Notes: a model not told the origin generated them from the sequence alone. Numbered from the stretch's first letter, positions 1 to 13,835 are shown. The stretch is 64,000 nt of DNA from Scyliorhinus canicula (GCF_902713615.1 NC_052154.1:92077030-92141029); one strand, 5' to 3'. Program-made: numbers and translations.

Positions 1-399
1 CCCAGTCTAGAATGACCTGTTCTCCAATTGGTTCCTCAATGGAATCGTCCAGAAAACCACCCCATATACATTTCAGGAATGTCTCCTCTATGCTATTGTG
101 GTTAAATTAATTTGCCCAATATATATGCCGACCAAGTCACCCAAAATGACTGATGTTCCTTTATTGCAAATTTCCTGTTTAATGCCATTCTCAACACCAC
201 CACTAAAGTTTGGAGTTCTCTATGCAACGACGATTTACGAGTTTTGCCACTTGGAGTTTCTCAGATGCACACATACAGATTCGACATTGTCGTATCAACC
301 CTCACTATTGTGTTAACTTCCTTTTTCACCAGCTCTGCCACTCCACCGCGTTATTCAGTTTGTTAATCCTTCCTAAATACTGGATAACCCTGTACATTC

Positions 400-830
400 A
401 GTTCCCATCCCTGGTCACACTGCAGCTATTTCTTGGTAACCTCGATCACAGCGTCTGCACATTCTCTCCGTGTCTGCGTGGGTTTCCTCCGGGAGTTCTG
501 GTTTCATCGCACAAGTCACGAAAGGTGTGCTGTTAGGTAATTTGGACTTTCTGAATTTTTGATTTGTGTACCAGAACAGGCGCCAGAATGTGACAACGAG
601 GGGCTTTTCACAATAACGTCATTGCAGTGTTAATGTAAGGCTACTTGTGACAATAAAGCTTATTATTATTGTAATCCCGATTATATTCCCATACCAGCCT
701 ACCCGGGCAGGTGCCGGAATGTGGCGACGAGGGGCTTTTCACAGTAACTTCATTGAAGCCTACTCGTGACAATAAGCAATTTTCAATTTCAATTTCAATT
801 TCAATTTATCAATTTTCAATTTTCATTTTT
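400..830 (+). mobile_element. Two adjacent SINE remnants (V-SINE core with ATT tail; second tail ending in (TTTCAA)n)
   Basis: V-domain core gtctgcgtgggtttcctccggg near 470-490. The tail aacaggcgccggaatgtggcgac...gtgacaataa occurs twice (about 575-670 and 705-830) and recurs elsewhere in the window. Confidence 0.75.
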
Positions 831-2521
831 TTCGATTATACTACATCAGTTTATCTCTTTTTGCGGGATTAGTTGATCCATTTTATTCTAATGCTCTGCA
901 CGTTGAAGCACACAACTGTTACCTTGTCATTTTAAAATTAGTTGTCCCACTCCCAATATTTTTCACTGTGGTCCTCTTTCAATATCGAACACAGAACATA
1001 GAATAATACAGCACAGAACGGGCCCTTCGGCCCACGGTGCTGTGCCCAAATTTTGCCCTAGATTAAGAACAAATTAATCTACACCCGATAATTCTACCAT
1101 AATCCATGTACCTATCTAATAGCCGCTTGAAGGTTCCTAATGTTTCTGACTCAACTACTTCCACAGGCAGTGCATTCCATGCCCCCACTACACTCTGGGT
1201 AAAGAACCTACCTCTGACATCCTCCCTATAACTTCCACCATTCACTTTAAATCTATGTCCCATTGTAATGGTTTGTTCAGCCCGAGGAAAAAGTATCTGA
1301 CTGTTGACTCTATCTATTCCCCTGATCATCTTTGCAACCTCTATTAAGTCGCACCTCACCCTTCTCTGTTCTAATGAGAAAAGGCCACGCACCCTCAACC
1401 TTTCCTCGTAAGACCCACTCTCCATTCCAGGCAACATTCTGGTAAATCTCCTTTCCACCTTTTACAAAGCTTCCACAGCCTTCCTAAAACGAGGCGACTA
1501 GAAATTCACACAGTCCTCCAAATGTGGCCTTACCAAGGTTTTGTACAGCTGCATCATCACCTGACGGCTCTTAAATTCGATCCTTCTGCTAATGAACGCT
1601 AGCACACTACAGGCCTTCTTCACAGCTCTATCTACTTGAGTGGCAACTTTCAAAGATCTACGAAAATAGACCCCAAGATCTCTCTGCTCCACCACATTGC
1701 CAAGAAACCTACCGTTAACCCTGTATTCCGCATTTATATTTGTCCTTCCAAAATGGACAATCTCACACTTTTCAGCGTTAAACTCCATCTGCCACTTCTT
1801 AGCCTAGCACTGTATCCTATCTATGTCTCTTTGCAGCCGACAACAGCCCTTCTCACTATCCACAACACCACCAATCTTCGCATTGTCTCTAATTTACTGA
1901 CCCACCCTTCAACTCCCTCATCTCAGTAATTAATGAAAATCACAAGCAGCAGAGAACCCAGAAATGATCCCTGCAGTACGCCAGTGGTAACTAGGCTCCA
2001 GGCTGAATATTTGCCATCCACCATCACTCTCTGACTTCTATCGGTTAGCCAGTTCGTTATCCAACAAGCCAAATTTCCCACTATCACATGCCTCCTCACA
2101 TGCATAAGCCTACCATGGGGAACCTTATGAAGTGCCTTAATAGAATACATGTACACTGCATCCACTACTTTACCTTCATCCACGTGCTTGGTAACCTCCT
2201 TCAAGAATTCAATAAGACTTGTGAGGCAAGACCTACCCTTCACAAATCCGTGCTGACTATCCATAATCAAGCAGTATCATTCCACATGCTCAGAAATCCT
2301 ATCCCTCAGTACACTTTCCATTACTTTGCCTACCACTGAAGTAAGTCTAACTGTCCTGTTATTCCCAGGGTTATCCCCATTCGCTTTTTTGAACAGCGGC
2401 ACAACATTCGCCACTCTCCAATACCCTGATACCACCCCTGTTGACAGTGAGGACGAAAAGGTCATTGCCAACGGCTCTGCAATTTCATCTCTTGCTTTCC
2501 ATAGAATTCTAGGATATATTT

Positions 2522-2850
2522 GGGTAGCACGGTAGCATGGTGGTTAGCATAAATGCTTCACAGCTCCAGGGTCCCAGGTTCGATTCCTGGCTGGGTCACT
2601 GTCTGTGTGGAGTCTGCACATCCTCCCCGTGTGTGCGTGGGTTTCCTCCGGGTGCTCCGGTTTCCTCTCACAGTCCAAAGATGTGCGGGTTAGGTGGATT
2701 GGCCATGCTAAATTGCCCGTAGTGTCCTAAAAAGTAAGGTTACTGGTATAGGGTGGTTACGTTGGCTTGAGTAGGGTGATCATTGCTCGGCACAACATCG
2801 AGGGCCGAAGGGCCTGTTCTGTGCTGTACTGTTCTATGTTATATGTTCTA
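2522..2850 (+). mobile_element. Full-length HE1-like tRNA-derived V-SINE nested in CR1
   Basis: tRNA-like head with B box ggttcgattcc, V-domain core, and a CR1-shared tail gagggccgaagggcctgttctgtgctgtactgttctatg. Confidence 0.9.
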
Positions 2851-3702
2851 TCCCGTCAGGCACGGGGGACTTGTCTATCCTCAAATTTTTCAAAATGCAC
2901 AACACATTTTCCTTCCTAAAAAGTATCTCTTCAAGCTTACCAGTCTATTTCACATTGCCCTCTCCAACCATATGGCCCCTCTCATTTGTAAATACTGAAG
3001 AAAATTACTCGTTCAAGACCTCTCCTATCTCTTAAGACTCAATACACAATCTCCCGCTATTGTCCTTGATCGGACCTACCCTCGCTCTTGTCCTTCTCAT
3101 ATTTCTCACATATGTGTAAAAGGCCTTGGGGTTTTCCTTGATCTTACCCGCCAAAGATTTTTCATGCCCTCTCTTAGCACTCCTAATCCCTTTCTTCAGT
3201 TCCCTCCTGGCTACCTTGTATCCCTCCAGCGTCCTGTCTGAATCTTGTTTCCGCAGCCTTACAAAAGTATCCTTCTTCCTTTTAACAAGACATTTAACCT
3301 CTCTTGTCAACCATGGTTTCCTCACTCGACCATCACTTCCCTGCTTGACAGGGACGTACATATCAAAGACACATAGTATCTGTTCCATGAACAAGTTCCG
3401 CATTTCAATTGTGTCCTTCCCTGACAGGCTATGTTCCCAACATATGCACTTCAGTTCTTGTTGGACAGCATCGTATTTACCCCTCCCCCAATTGTAAACC
3501 TTGCCCTTTTGCAAGCACCTATCACTCTCCATTACTAAAGTGTAAGTCAGAGAATTGTGGTCACTATCGCCAAAATGCTCCCGCCTAACAAATCTATCAC
3601 TTGCCCTGGTTCATTCACAAGTACCAAATTCAATATGGCCCCTCCCCTCTGGTCGGACAATCGACATACTGTGCTAGAAAAGCGTCCTGGACACATGGCA
3701 CA

Positions 3703-5883
3703 GGTGCTATGTCTTTTCGTCCGACGTCATTTCGTCCAACGACACTTCGTCCACGTCTTTTGGTCCAACGTCTTTTTGTCCGCACGTCTTTTGGTCCTGC
3801 GTCTTTTTGTCCGATTATTTTTTTCGTCAAAGACTTTTTGTGACTTGTTACGTTTTTTTGTCCGATTATTTTTTTTGTCAAAGACTTTTTGTAACTTGAC
3901 TTTTTGTAAATCGAAATCAAGGTATTATATCTTCTCTAATGCACATAGCAAGGTATAATATGTAATAAAGGATTTTTATTACCGGTCTCTTTCCTTTAAC
4001 GAGCCTTGTTAAAGGATAGTTATTATCGTTCTCTTTCCTTTAACGAGCCTCGTTAAAGGATAGATATTATCATTCTCTTTCTTAATTCGCCCATCCCGAA
4101 ATGGCAAAGTTCATTGTGTCAATGAAGAGCAAAAGGAAGGTAGCTGATGAAAGTAACTACATCTACGATTTTCATTCAAGCAGTACAAACCTAGGAAAAG
4201 AATACTGGAGAAGTGAGAAAAGAAGGCTGTGTTCAGTGCGGATTCACAAGGTAACGGAAAACAATGAGCCAAAAATTATTTATTTTTCTAATGAGCACCT
4301 TCATCCAGCTGATGTTGATTCGTTAAATGCTAGAAAAGCAGTTGCAGAAATAAAGCATGAAGCAGTGGAAAACATAGCAGCAAGTTCGCGTAGCATTCTA
4401 GCAGCCAAGTTTACGCAGCTATCAGAAAATATCTGCTCTCAACTTCCTAGGTTGCCCGTCGTCTCAAGGACTATTCAAAGGTGCCGACAAAAAAAATCTG
4501 GATTTCCCGCTAATCCAGCGGCTAGACACGGTTTTGAAATACCTGACGAATATTGTAAACTTGACAATGGCGAACAGTTTCTGAGATACGATTCGGGCGC
4601 CGAGGATCAACAGCGCTTACTAGTATTCGCATCAAAAGTGCTCTTCAGGATTTAGCATCATATCGTCATTGGGCATGTGATGGAACACTCAAGATTGTGC
4701 CACAACAGTGGTTTCAACTGTTCTGCATTCATGTACTAGTTAACGGTAGCAGTTTTCCACGGGTCTTTGCATTACTGCCGAATAAAAGAAAGCAGACATA
4801 CGAATTATTTTTTGACCAATTGAAAATTATGCAACCTAATGCAGATCCGATTGATATCATGGCAGATTTCGAAGTTGCAGTTCACAAGGCAATTAATTCA
4901 TCATTCCTTAATTCATCTGTCGTGGCATGTTTGTTTCATTTGAGCCAATCAGTGTTTCAAAAAATTACAGATTTAGGCCTCAAAGAAAAATACAATACAG
5001 ACTCTGAATTAAAATACGATGTTTTTCAGCATTAGCTTTCCTCCCCGTTGAAGATGTCGAAGAGGCTTATGAAGATTTGATAGACGATGAAGAAATACCT
5101 GCTGAATTCATCGTTTACTTCGACTTATGAGAGGACGTGGTGCTAGACGAAGGAGAGAACCACCTACATTCCCGACAGCTGTATGGAATGTTAATCAGCG
5201 TGTTCTACAAGACCTACCGAGAACAAATAATGCTGCTGCGGGGTTTCATTCTGCGATAAAGCGTTCGGCGGGTGGAGCTCATTTGAATATTTGGAGGTTA
5301 ATCAAAACTCTGAAAGAAGGACTAGGAAGGGTTCATAATAGGCAAAAAGGCTCAAATTCTTCAGGGAGATCAGTCGACTTCATGTACGCGATATAAGAAA
5401 ATAACTGAACGCCTCAAAAGATTGGTCGTTGAATATGATTCTACAACAAAAATTGATTTTTTGAGGAATGTTGCATGCAATTTGCATCAATTTTAAGTAA
5501 TTAGTAATCTTTTAGATTTTTTAACTACATTTTCCAACTGTATTTTCTAAGTGATATGATATCTTTCGGGAATTTTAAGTAATTAGTAAACTTTTAGATT
5601 TTTTAACTGCATTTTTCAAATTTTGCTGTATTCTACTTGCATTTTATCAATTAAATTCTCATAGTAAACTTTTAGATTTACTTGCTGTATTGTACTTGCA
5701 TTTTATCAATTAAATTCTCATTGAAGATATTATACCTGGATATTATACGGAGTTTATTTGTAATTGGATAATTGGACAAAAAGATGTAGGACGAAAAGAC
5801 GTGCAGACAAAAAGACGTTGGACCAAAAGACGTGGACGAAGTGTCGTTGGACGAAGTGACGTCGGACGAAAAGACGCAACACG
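3703..5883 (+). mobile_element. Mutator-like (MULE) DNA transposon with TIRs and degenerate 9-bp TSD
   Basis: Left end gtcttttcgtccgacgtcatttcgtccaacgacacttcgtcc... is the reverse complement of about 5785-5883. Flanks catggcaca (3694-3702) and cactgcaca (5884-5892) match at 7/9. The host CR1 resumes on both sides. Confidence 0.88.
4101..5400 (+). pseudogene. Frameshifted MULE transposase (FLYWCH-like N-terminus + MULE DDE domain)
   Basis: 4101-4655 has YIYDF...YWRSEKRRLCSVRIH...H. Downstream frames give WACDGTL, FALLPNK, IMADFE, CLFHLSQ (CxxH) and LPRTNN, all typical of MULE transposases. At least two frameshifts. Confidence 0.85.
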
Positions 5884-7049
5884 CACTGCACAAACACAAG
5901 CCCATCCAAACCATTTGATCTAAAGCGTTTCCACTCATTATTCTGGAAGTTAAAGTCAACCATGACTACGACCCTGTGACTTCTGCACCTTTCCAAAATC
6001 TTTTTCCCAATCTGTTCCTCCACATCTCTCCTGCTATTGGGGGGCCTATTGAAAACTCCCAACAAGGTGACTGCTCCTTTCCTATTTCTGACTTAATATG
6101 GCCGATTGATTTCTCTACCTATCACTTTTCTTATTCGCCTTTCTGCCTCTTTCCTCCTTCTCTGACTCCTTACATAGTTTCCCATGCTCCTGCCATCTTA
6201 GATGAAACCGTCCCAACCGCTCCAGCAGATAATCCCCACCCCACCCAGGACATCAGTGCCGGCCCTGCGCAGTGTTTTGGTAGAAGGGGGTATTGCAGTG
6301 AGGGGCGATAGACGCTCGTCTGTGCAGAATGGAGAGAGACTAGAGAAAGCAGTGTTGTCAGTTTTGCCTGTTTTCAGGAATTAGTGCATCTGCTCAGGGT
6401 TAAAGAGACGCATCAATTTTGAAGAAAGTAATCTAGTCGTGTGGTTTGTGGCAGTACTAATTACATAGGCAGTATTCAAAATGGGTCCTGCTAGCAAGTG
6501 TGTGAAGTTAGGTACTGAATTCGGAAGCATAATCTCAAAGGTAATGATCGCTGAATCTTTAACCCAGCCAGATACAAATTGACATAGGCCAAATAAGTTT
6601 CGAGAGATAAATGATTAGTTCAAAGTCTGGTGTGGAAATAAGCATGATCCTGTACGTGGGCCACTGGCACCGTTACTGGGGAACGTGCGAGATGAATGGT
6701 TACATGGGACGTGCGCACATTCAAATTGCACAACAAGGAAACTTGAAAGTCATTAAACTAAATACGTGGGGTTGGGGGACCAATAACTGGAATTAAAAAA
6801 ACCTACATCTGGCTCAACAAAGGAAAGATTACGGGTAACATGACTTGAGTGACCAACAGAATATTTATATACAATTGTATAAAATTAAGTGGTCGATTTA
6901 AGTTCCAATACCCTAATAGTAAAATCGGTAATGAGGGGCATATAATATCAGGAATGGGCAGGACGAAAAAAGCTCAGAAAACCGCGAATTGGCAAGTCTA
7001 GACGGAAAGAAACAAAAGCAAAATTAGAGACTCTGCATCTGGTTGCGTG

Positions 7050-9550
7050 TAGCACTCAAATCAAATTAAGTGGTACACATATAAATAAATCCACATAATC
7101 TGATTGACATTACAGAAATGTTGCTGCTGGTTGGGATGTAGCACTCCGGAGCGAGTAAGACATTGTTGTAATAATTGGAGATGTACTTGGTTCTTGTGAA
7201 TGGGATGTGGAATCTGTTTGGTTGGAGGTAAGGAATAGTATGGGAAAGGCTTTATTGGTGAAAATGATTTACAGCCTATCTAATTGTCACCATCAATGTA
7301 AGCCAACTCATCAGAAATCAAATAATGGATGTCGTGATAAACTCACGTTCGGAATCATGGGTGATTTTAATCTCAATATAAGTGAAAATATCCGATTGAC
7401 AGTTGCAGGCGAATTGAGGCGTCCATAGAATGTTTACGAGACAGCTTATCATACCATCACGTTCTGGAGCCACCCATGAAACAGGTTGTGTTAGACTTGT
7501 TATTGCATAATGTTAAAATGCTAATTAATGACCTCAGAGTGAAGACACCACTGGGTAACCGCACTTACTGTATGTTTGATCTTTTTACTTCCAGACTGAC
7601 ATGGAAAAGAATGGAGTTAAGACCCGGTTGTTAATATTGAACAAGGGCAACCTGGAAATGGGTTTCGATGATAGTTCATCAGAGAAACAGGACAGATCTT
7701 CAAGATGACATTTCAGAATGCTCACAGCGGTTATATCCCCCTGTGTAGAAAACAATTTTAAAAGGATGCTCCATCAAACGTGGTTAAAATAATAAGTTAC
7801 GGAAACAATCAAATTTTTTTAAAAATGCAAGTAGCTGTGCAAATATGAGGCGCTGTTGAGATACATGGTCAGAATATAACACACGATGGACAATAACAAA
7901 CATGTTTCAAACGATAAATAAATTAGAGAATGTGAGAAGCCCAGCTCGAAATTGAAATTTTAAAACGGATACCAAGATTTTGTATGAGCATTTAAAAACA
8001 AATGAACAGTGTACGTAAAGTGGTCCGCGAGAGTAGATAATAAGTTAATGTCAGATTAAATGAGCAGATATGTTGTTTCTATCTTCAGTATACAGGCTGT
8101 AAAATAATTTAAATAATATTTGTAGATCAAGTGGCGGTAAAGACGACGAACTTGGTAACTTGCGTTCTTCAGGGAAACTGGACCGAACAAGCTGTTGGAG
8201 TTGATGACTGACTTCTCCTCATGGACGTCATCCTAGTGCCTCAGGGGAGTTGGCTAATATGCTGGTAGAGGTGATGGTGTTAATATTCCGCAATTCGTGA
8301 AAGTCTGGAATGATTCCTTCACACAGTAAAATTGAAAATATTCTTTGTCTTTTCAAGAAAAGAGGGAGAAAGTAAACAGGAAAAAATAGGCGAATTACCT
8401 TGACGTGTGGAAACACTCAGAATGTTTGATTGAATAGGCTGTTGCTGGGCACTTAGAAGCACTCAAGTTAATCGACTATACGAACACACAAACATTGTGA
8501 AACATAACTGGAGTAGTTCGTTCAACCCCGCGAGCCTGCTCCATCATTTAATAAAATCATGTCTGATTTGCTGGTAACTTTAAATCTGCATCCCATTTAT
8601 ACCAGATAACATACCACCCTCTTGGTTACTAAGAACGTATCCACATCTCTCTTAAACATATTTAAAACCAGGAAGAGTCCGGATGTTTTTCTGGAAGGAA
8701 AATCATATTATGCCAATATAATATTGGGAGGAGTAACACGCGCTCTGGTTAACTCGAGTATTTGGATTTGCAGAAATCTTTTTATGACGTATTATAATGA
8801 AAGTTATTGCCTAAAATACGGTTTCAATATGTAGGGGCAACATATTAGCATGGATATAAATTTGGCTACACAGTAGAATATAGACTACGCATAAAAATTA
8901 TTTATTTTGTATTTGCCGAACGTAAAGAATTGAGTCAATGACGGGTGTGAAGGCATGGTCGATTTTGTTTCTGATGATACAACAATAGATCAGAAAGTAT
9001 GCTGTGAAGAGAATGAACGGAGGTTGTACGTGGATTTAAATAGGGTGAAGGAATGGAAACAATCCAGCAGATAGAGTATAATATGGGAAAATGTAAAGTT
9101 ATTCACGTTGGCAGGAAGAAAGCTTAGCTAGAATGAGGAACACCTTCGGAATTTCGAGATTCAGTGGTAGCTAGGTGATCTAGTATATGACCCGCACAAC
9201 ATTACTAGGCAGGGACAGCAATGATTAAGACAGTTAATTGAATACGACACTGTATTTTGAGAGGAATTGAACATAAATATAAGAATAGTCTGTGCCAGGT
9301 AAAAAAGGGCACTGACGTGATCATATCTGGATTATTGTGTGCTGTTCTGCTCTCCTCATTTGAGAGAGGATGAAAATACGTTGAGCGTGGTTCATATGTG
9401 ATTTACATGGCTGCCACCTGGAATGGGTCTGATTGACCGAACTGAAATAATTCCACCCGAGGTTTAGCTGGATGAGTGGTGAATTGTCTGAACTTTTGGA
9501 GATATTGAATGATCTTGACGAGGTGGAGGTGGAAAGCATATGTCATATTA
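7050..9550 (+). mobile_element. Old, highly degenerate CR1 LINE (its 3' part resumes after 12531)
   Basis: Residual motifs ESVWLEVRNSMGK and IMGDFNLNI. Further RT-like remnants run to 9540, and the sequence continues at 12532 with gggtgagtccagaaccagg. Confidence 0.65.
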
Positions 9551-12523
9551 TAAGAACATAAAAACATAAGAACTAGGAGCAGGAGTAGGCCATCTGGCCT
9601 CTCGAGCCTGCTCCGCCATTCAATTAGATCATGGCTGATCTTTTGTGGACTCAGCTCCACTTTCCAGCCCGAACACCATAACCCTTAATCCCTTTATTCT
9701 TCAAAAAACTATCTATCTTTACCTTAAAAACATGTAATGAAGGAGCCTCAACTGCTTCACTGGGCAAGGAATTCCATAGATTCACAACCCTTTGGGTGAA
9801 GAAGTTCCTCCTAAACTCAGTCCTAAATCTACTTCCCGTTATTTTAAGGCTATGTCCCCTAGTTCTGCTGTCACCCGCCAGTGGAAACAACCTGCCCGCA
9901 TCTATCCTATCTATTCCCTTCATAACTTTAAATGTTTCTATAAGATCCCCCCTCATCCTTCTAAATTCCAATGAATACAGTCCCAGTCTACTCAACCTCT
10001 CCTCATAATCCAACCCCTTCAGATCTGGGATTAACCTAGTGAATCTCCTCTGCACACCCTCCAGCGCCAGTACGTCCTTTCTCAAGTAAGGAGACCAAAA
10101 CTGAACACAATACTCCAGGTGTGGCCGCACTAACACCTTATACAATTGCAACATAACCTCCCTAGTCTTAAACTCCATCCCTATAGCAATGAAGGACAAA
10201 ATTCCATTTGCCTTCTTAATCACCTGTTGCACTTGTAAACCAACCTTCTGTGACTCATGCACTAGCACACCCAAGTCTCTCTGAACAGCGGCATGCTTTA
10301 ATATTTTATCATTGAAATAATAATCCCGTTTGCTGTTATTCCTACCAAAATGGAGAACCTCACATTTGTCAACATTGTATTCCATCTGCCAGACCCTAGC
10401 CCATTCACTTAACCTATCCAAATCCCTCTGCAGACTTCCAGTATCCTCTGCACTTTTCGCTTTACCACTCATCTTAGTGTCATCTGCAAACTTGGACACA
10501 TTGCCCTTGGTCCCCAACTCCAAATCATCTATGTAAATTGTGAACAATTGTGGGCCCAACACGGATCCCTGAGGGACACCACTAGCTACTGATTGCCAAC
10601 CAGAGAAACACCCATTTATCCCAACTCTTTGCTTTCTATTAATTAACCAATCCTCTATCCATGCTACTACTTTACCCTTAATGCCATGCATCTTTAGCTT
10701 TTGCAGCAACCTTTTGTGTGGCGCCTTGTCAAAGGCTTTCTGGAAATCCAGATATACCACATCCATCGGCTCCCCGTTATCTACTGCACTGGTAATGTCC
10801 TCAAAAAATTCCACTAAATTAGTTAGGCATGACCTGCCCTTTACGAACCCATGCTGCGTCTGCCCAATGGGACAATTTCTATCCAGATGCCTCGCAATTT
10901 CTTCCTTGATGATAGATTCCAGCATCTTCCCTACTACCGAAGTTAAGCTCATTGGCCTATAATTTCCTGCTTTCTGTCTACCTCCTTTTTAAACAGTGGC
11001 GTCACGTTTGCTAATTTCCAATCCACCGGGACCACCCCAGAGTCTAGTGAATTTCGGTAAATTATCACTAGTGCATCTGCAATTTCCTTAGCCATCTCTT
11101 TTAGCACTCTGGGATGCATTCCATCAGGGCCAGGAGACTTGTCTACCTTTAGCCCCATTAGCTTGCCCATCACTACCTCCTTAGTGATAACAATCATCTC
11201 AAGGTCCTCACGTGCCATAGCCTCATTTCTATCAGTCGCTGGCATGTTATTTGTGTCTTCCACTGTGAAGACCGACCCAAAAAACCTGTTCAGTTCCTCA
11301 GCCATTTCCTCATTTCCCATTATTAAAACTCCCTTCTCATCCTCTAAAGGACCAATATTTACCTTAGTCACTCTTTTTTGTCTTATATATTTGTAAAAAC
11401 TTTTACTGTCTGTTTTTATATTCTGAGCAAGTTTACTCTCATACTCTATCTTACTCTTCTTTATGGCTTTTTAAGTAGCTTTCTGTTGCCCCCTAAAGAT
11501 TTCCCAGTCCTCTAATCTCCCAGCAATCTTTGCCACTTTATATGCTTTTTCCTTCAATTTGATACTCTCCCTTATTTCCTTAGATATCCATGGTCGATTT
11601 TCCCTCTTTCTTCCGTCCTTCCTTTTTGTTGGTATAAACCATTGCTGAGCACTGTGAAAAATCGCTTGGAAGGTTCTCCACTGTTCCTCAACTGTTCCAC
11701 CATAAAGTCTTTGCTCCCAGTCTACCTTAGCTAGTTCTTCTCTCATCCCCTTGTAATCTCCTTTGTTTAAACACAAAACACTAGTATTTGATTTTACTTT
11801 CTCACCCTCCATCTGTATTTTAAATTCCACCATATTGTGATCGCTCCTTCCGAGAGGATCCCTAACTATGAGATCATGAATCAATCCTGTCTCATTGCAC
11901 AGGACAAGATCTAGGACCGCTTGTTCCCTCGTAGGTTCCATTACATACTGTTCTAGGAAACTATCGCGGATACATTCTATAAACTCCTCCTCAAGGTTGC
12001 CTTGACCGACCTGGTTAAACCAATCGACATGTAGATTAAAATCCCCCATGATAACTGCTGTACCATTTCTACATGCATCAGTTATTTCTTTGTTTATTGG
12101 CTGCCCCACCAAAACGTTACTATTTGGTGGCCGATAGACTACTCCTATCAGTGACTTTTTCGCCTTACTATTCCTGATTTTCACCCAAATGGATTCAACC
12201 TTATCCTCCATAGCACCAATGTCATCCCTTCCTATTGCCCGGATGTCATCCTTAAATAACAGAGCAACACCACATCCCTTACCATCCACTCTGTCCTTCC
12301 GAATAGTTTGATACCCTCGGATATTTAACTCCCAGTCGTGACCATCCTTTAACCATGTTTCAGTAATGGCCACTAAATCATAGTCATTTATGCTGATTTG
12401 TGCCATCAACTCATTTACTTTATTCCGAATACTACGAGCATTCAGGTAAAGTACACTTATGTTGGTTTTTTTTACCTTTGTTTTGAATCTTAACATCTTT
12501 TACCTTTGTTTTGAATCTTAACA
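9551..12523 (-). mobile_element. Young 5'-truncated CR1 LINE, nearly intact ORF2 (APE + RT), TSD TCATATTA
   Basis: ORFs 11471-12496 (APE: LNARSIRNK, AITETWL, MGDFN), 10949-11371 and 9651-10952 (RT: PQGSVLGP, FADD). One nonsense codon at about 11471 and one frameshift at about 10980. tcatatta lies at 9543-9550 and 12524-12531. Confidence 0.95.
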
Positions 12524-12869
12524 TCATATTATGGGTGAGTCCAGAACCAGGAGGCACTGTTTTACAATCAGGGGTCGCTCTTTCCGGGCACAAATTAGGA
12601 ATTTATTTCTCTCAGCGCTTTTGCATATCTATACATGAAGCGAGGGGGAGAAAGTAGAGGAAACTATAGGTCACTTAATCTGGTGCCAATTACCGAAACA
12701 TACTGAAGCAAGGAAGATGTAACAATGTACTTCCGAAAACAACATGATTGAACCAGGTCATCATGATTTGACGAAAGGAATGTTTGTCCATTTTAATAGG
12801 AACAATGTGCATGTAAAGAGCTGAGTCGGTAAAGACAATTTAAAAAATAATTTTGGAGAATGCAACTCG

Positions 12870-13070
12870 TTTTTTTCCAATTGAGCGGCAAGAATTGGGC
12901 GTGGCTAATTGACCTACATTGCACATCACTTTCGGTTGTGGGATGGGGGGGGGAGTTCCATGCAGACATAGGGAGAATGTGCAAACTCCACACAGACATA
13001 GAGCCTGGATCGAACACCGGGCCCTTCACGTTATGCAGCAGTAGTACTATCCACTGAGCCACAATGCCGC
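12870..13070 (-). mobile_element. V-SINE remnant
   Basis: Reverse complement of the tRNA-like head and the gtggagtttgcacattctcc core. Confidence 0.7.
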
Positions 13071-13109
13071 TCGGAAGTATGAGGTGCACGTCATTGCGAT
13101 TTACAAAAA

Positions 13110-13835
13110 TGCATTCAATGAACAAAGAACAAAGCAAATTACAGCACAGGAACAGGCCCTTCGGCCCTCCCAGCCAGCACCGATCCAGATCCTTTATCTA
13201 AACCTGTCTCCTATTTTCCAAGGTCTACTTCCCTCTGTTGCTGCCCGTTCATATACCTGTCGAGATGCCTCTTAAATGATGCTATCATGCCCGCCTCTAC
13301 CACCTCCGCTGGTAAAGCGTTCCAGGCACCCACCAACCTCTGCGTAAAAAACTTTCCACGCACATCTCCCTTACACCTTCCCCCTCTCACCTTGAAATCG
13401 TGACCCTTGTAACTGACAGCACCACTCTTGGAAAAAGCTTGTTGCTATCCACCCTGTACATAACTCTCATAATTTTGTATACCTCAATCAGGTCCCCCTC
13501 AACCTCCGTCTTTCCAACGAAAACAATCCTAACCTACTCAACCTTTCTTCATAGCTAGCACCCTCCATACCAGGCAACATCCTGGTGAACCTCCTCTGCA
13601 CCCTCTCCAAAGCATCCACATCCTTCTCGTAATGTGGCGACCAGAACTGCACGCAGTATTCCAAATGTAGCCTAACCAAATTCCTATACAACTGTAACAT
13701 GACCTGCCTACTCTTGTACTCAATACCCCGTCCGATGAAGGCAAGCATGCTGTATGCCTTCTTGACCATTCTATCAACCTGCATTGCCACCTTCAGGGTA
13801 CAATGGGCCTGAACTCTCAATGAAGCGCCCCGCAA
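13110..13835 (-). mobile_element. CR1 LINE 3' fragment
   Basis: ORF 13488-13835 (YRNLVRLHLEYCVQFWSPH) followed by a 3' UTR ending near 13115. Confidence 0.85.

Larger units (their letters stand above)
986..6130 (-). mobile_element. CR1 LINE (ORF2 endonuclease + RT, degenerate), interrupted by a SINE and a MULE
   Basis: ORF fragments 1063-1458, 1498-1788, 1923-2270, 2277-2471, 3032-3532 and 5754-6065 give collinear CR1 ORF2 motifs ([26 protein letters not shown]). The 3' tail is near 990-1040. Confidence 0.9.

Noticed and set aside
2522-2600. tRNA-like A/B boxes here and in other SINE heads
   Set aside because: They are SINE heads continuing into V core and LINE tail, not tRNA genes.
3630-3958. 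Repetitive ORFs on both strands (RLFVRRHFVQRHF...)
   Set aside because: They are translations of the MULE TIR subrepeats.
3985-4085. Palindromic direct repeats resembling a mini CRISPR array
   Set aside because: Only two full units, the spacers are near-identical, the context is eukaryotic and there are no cas genes.
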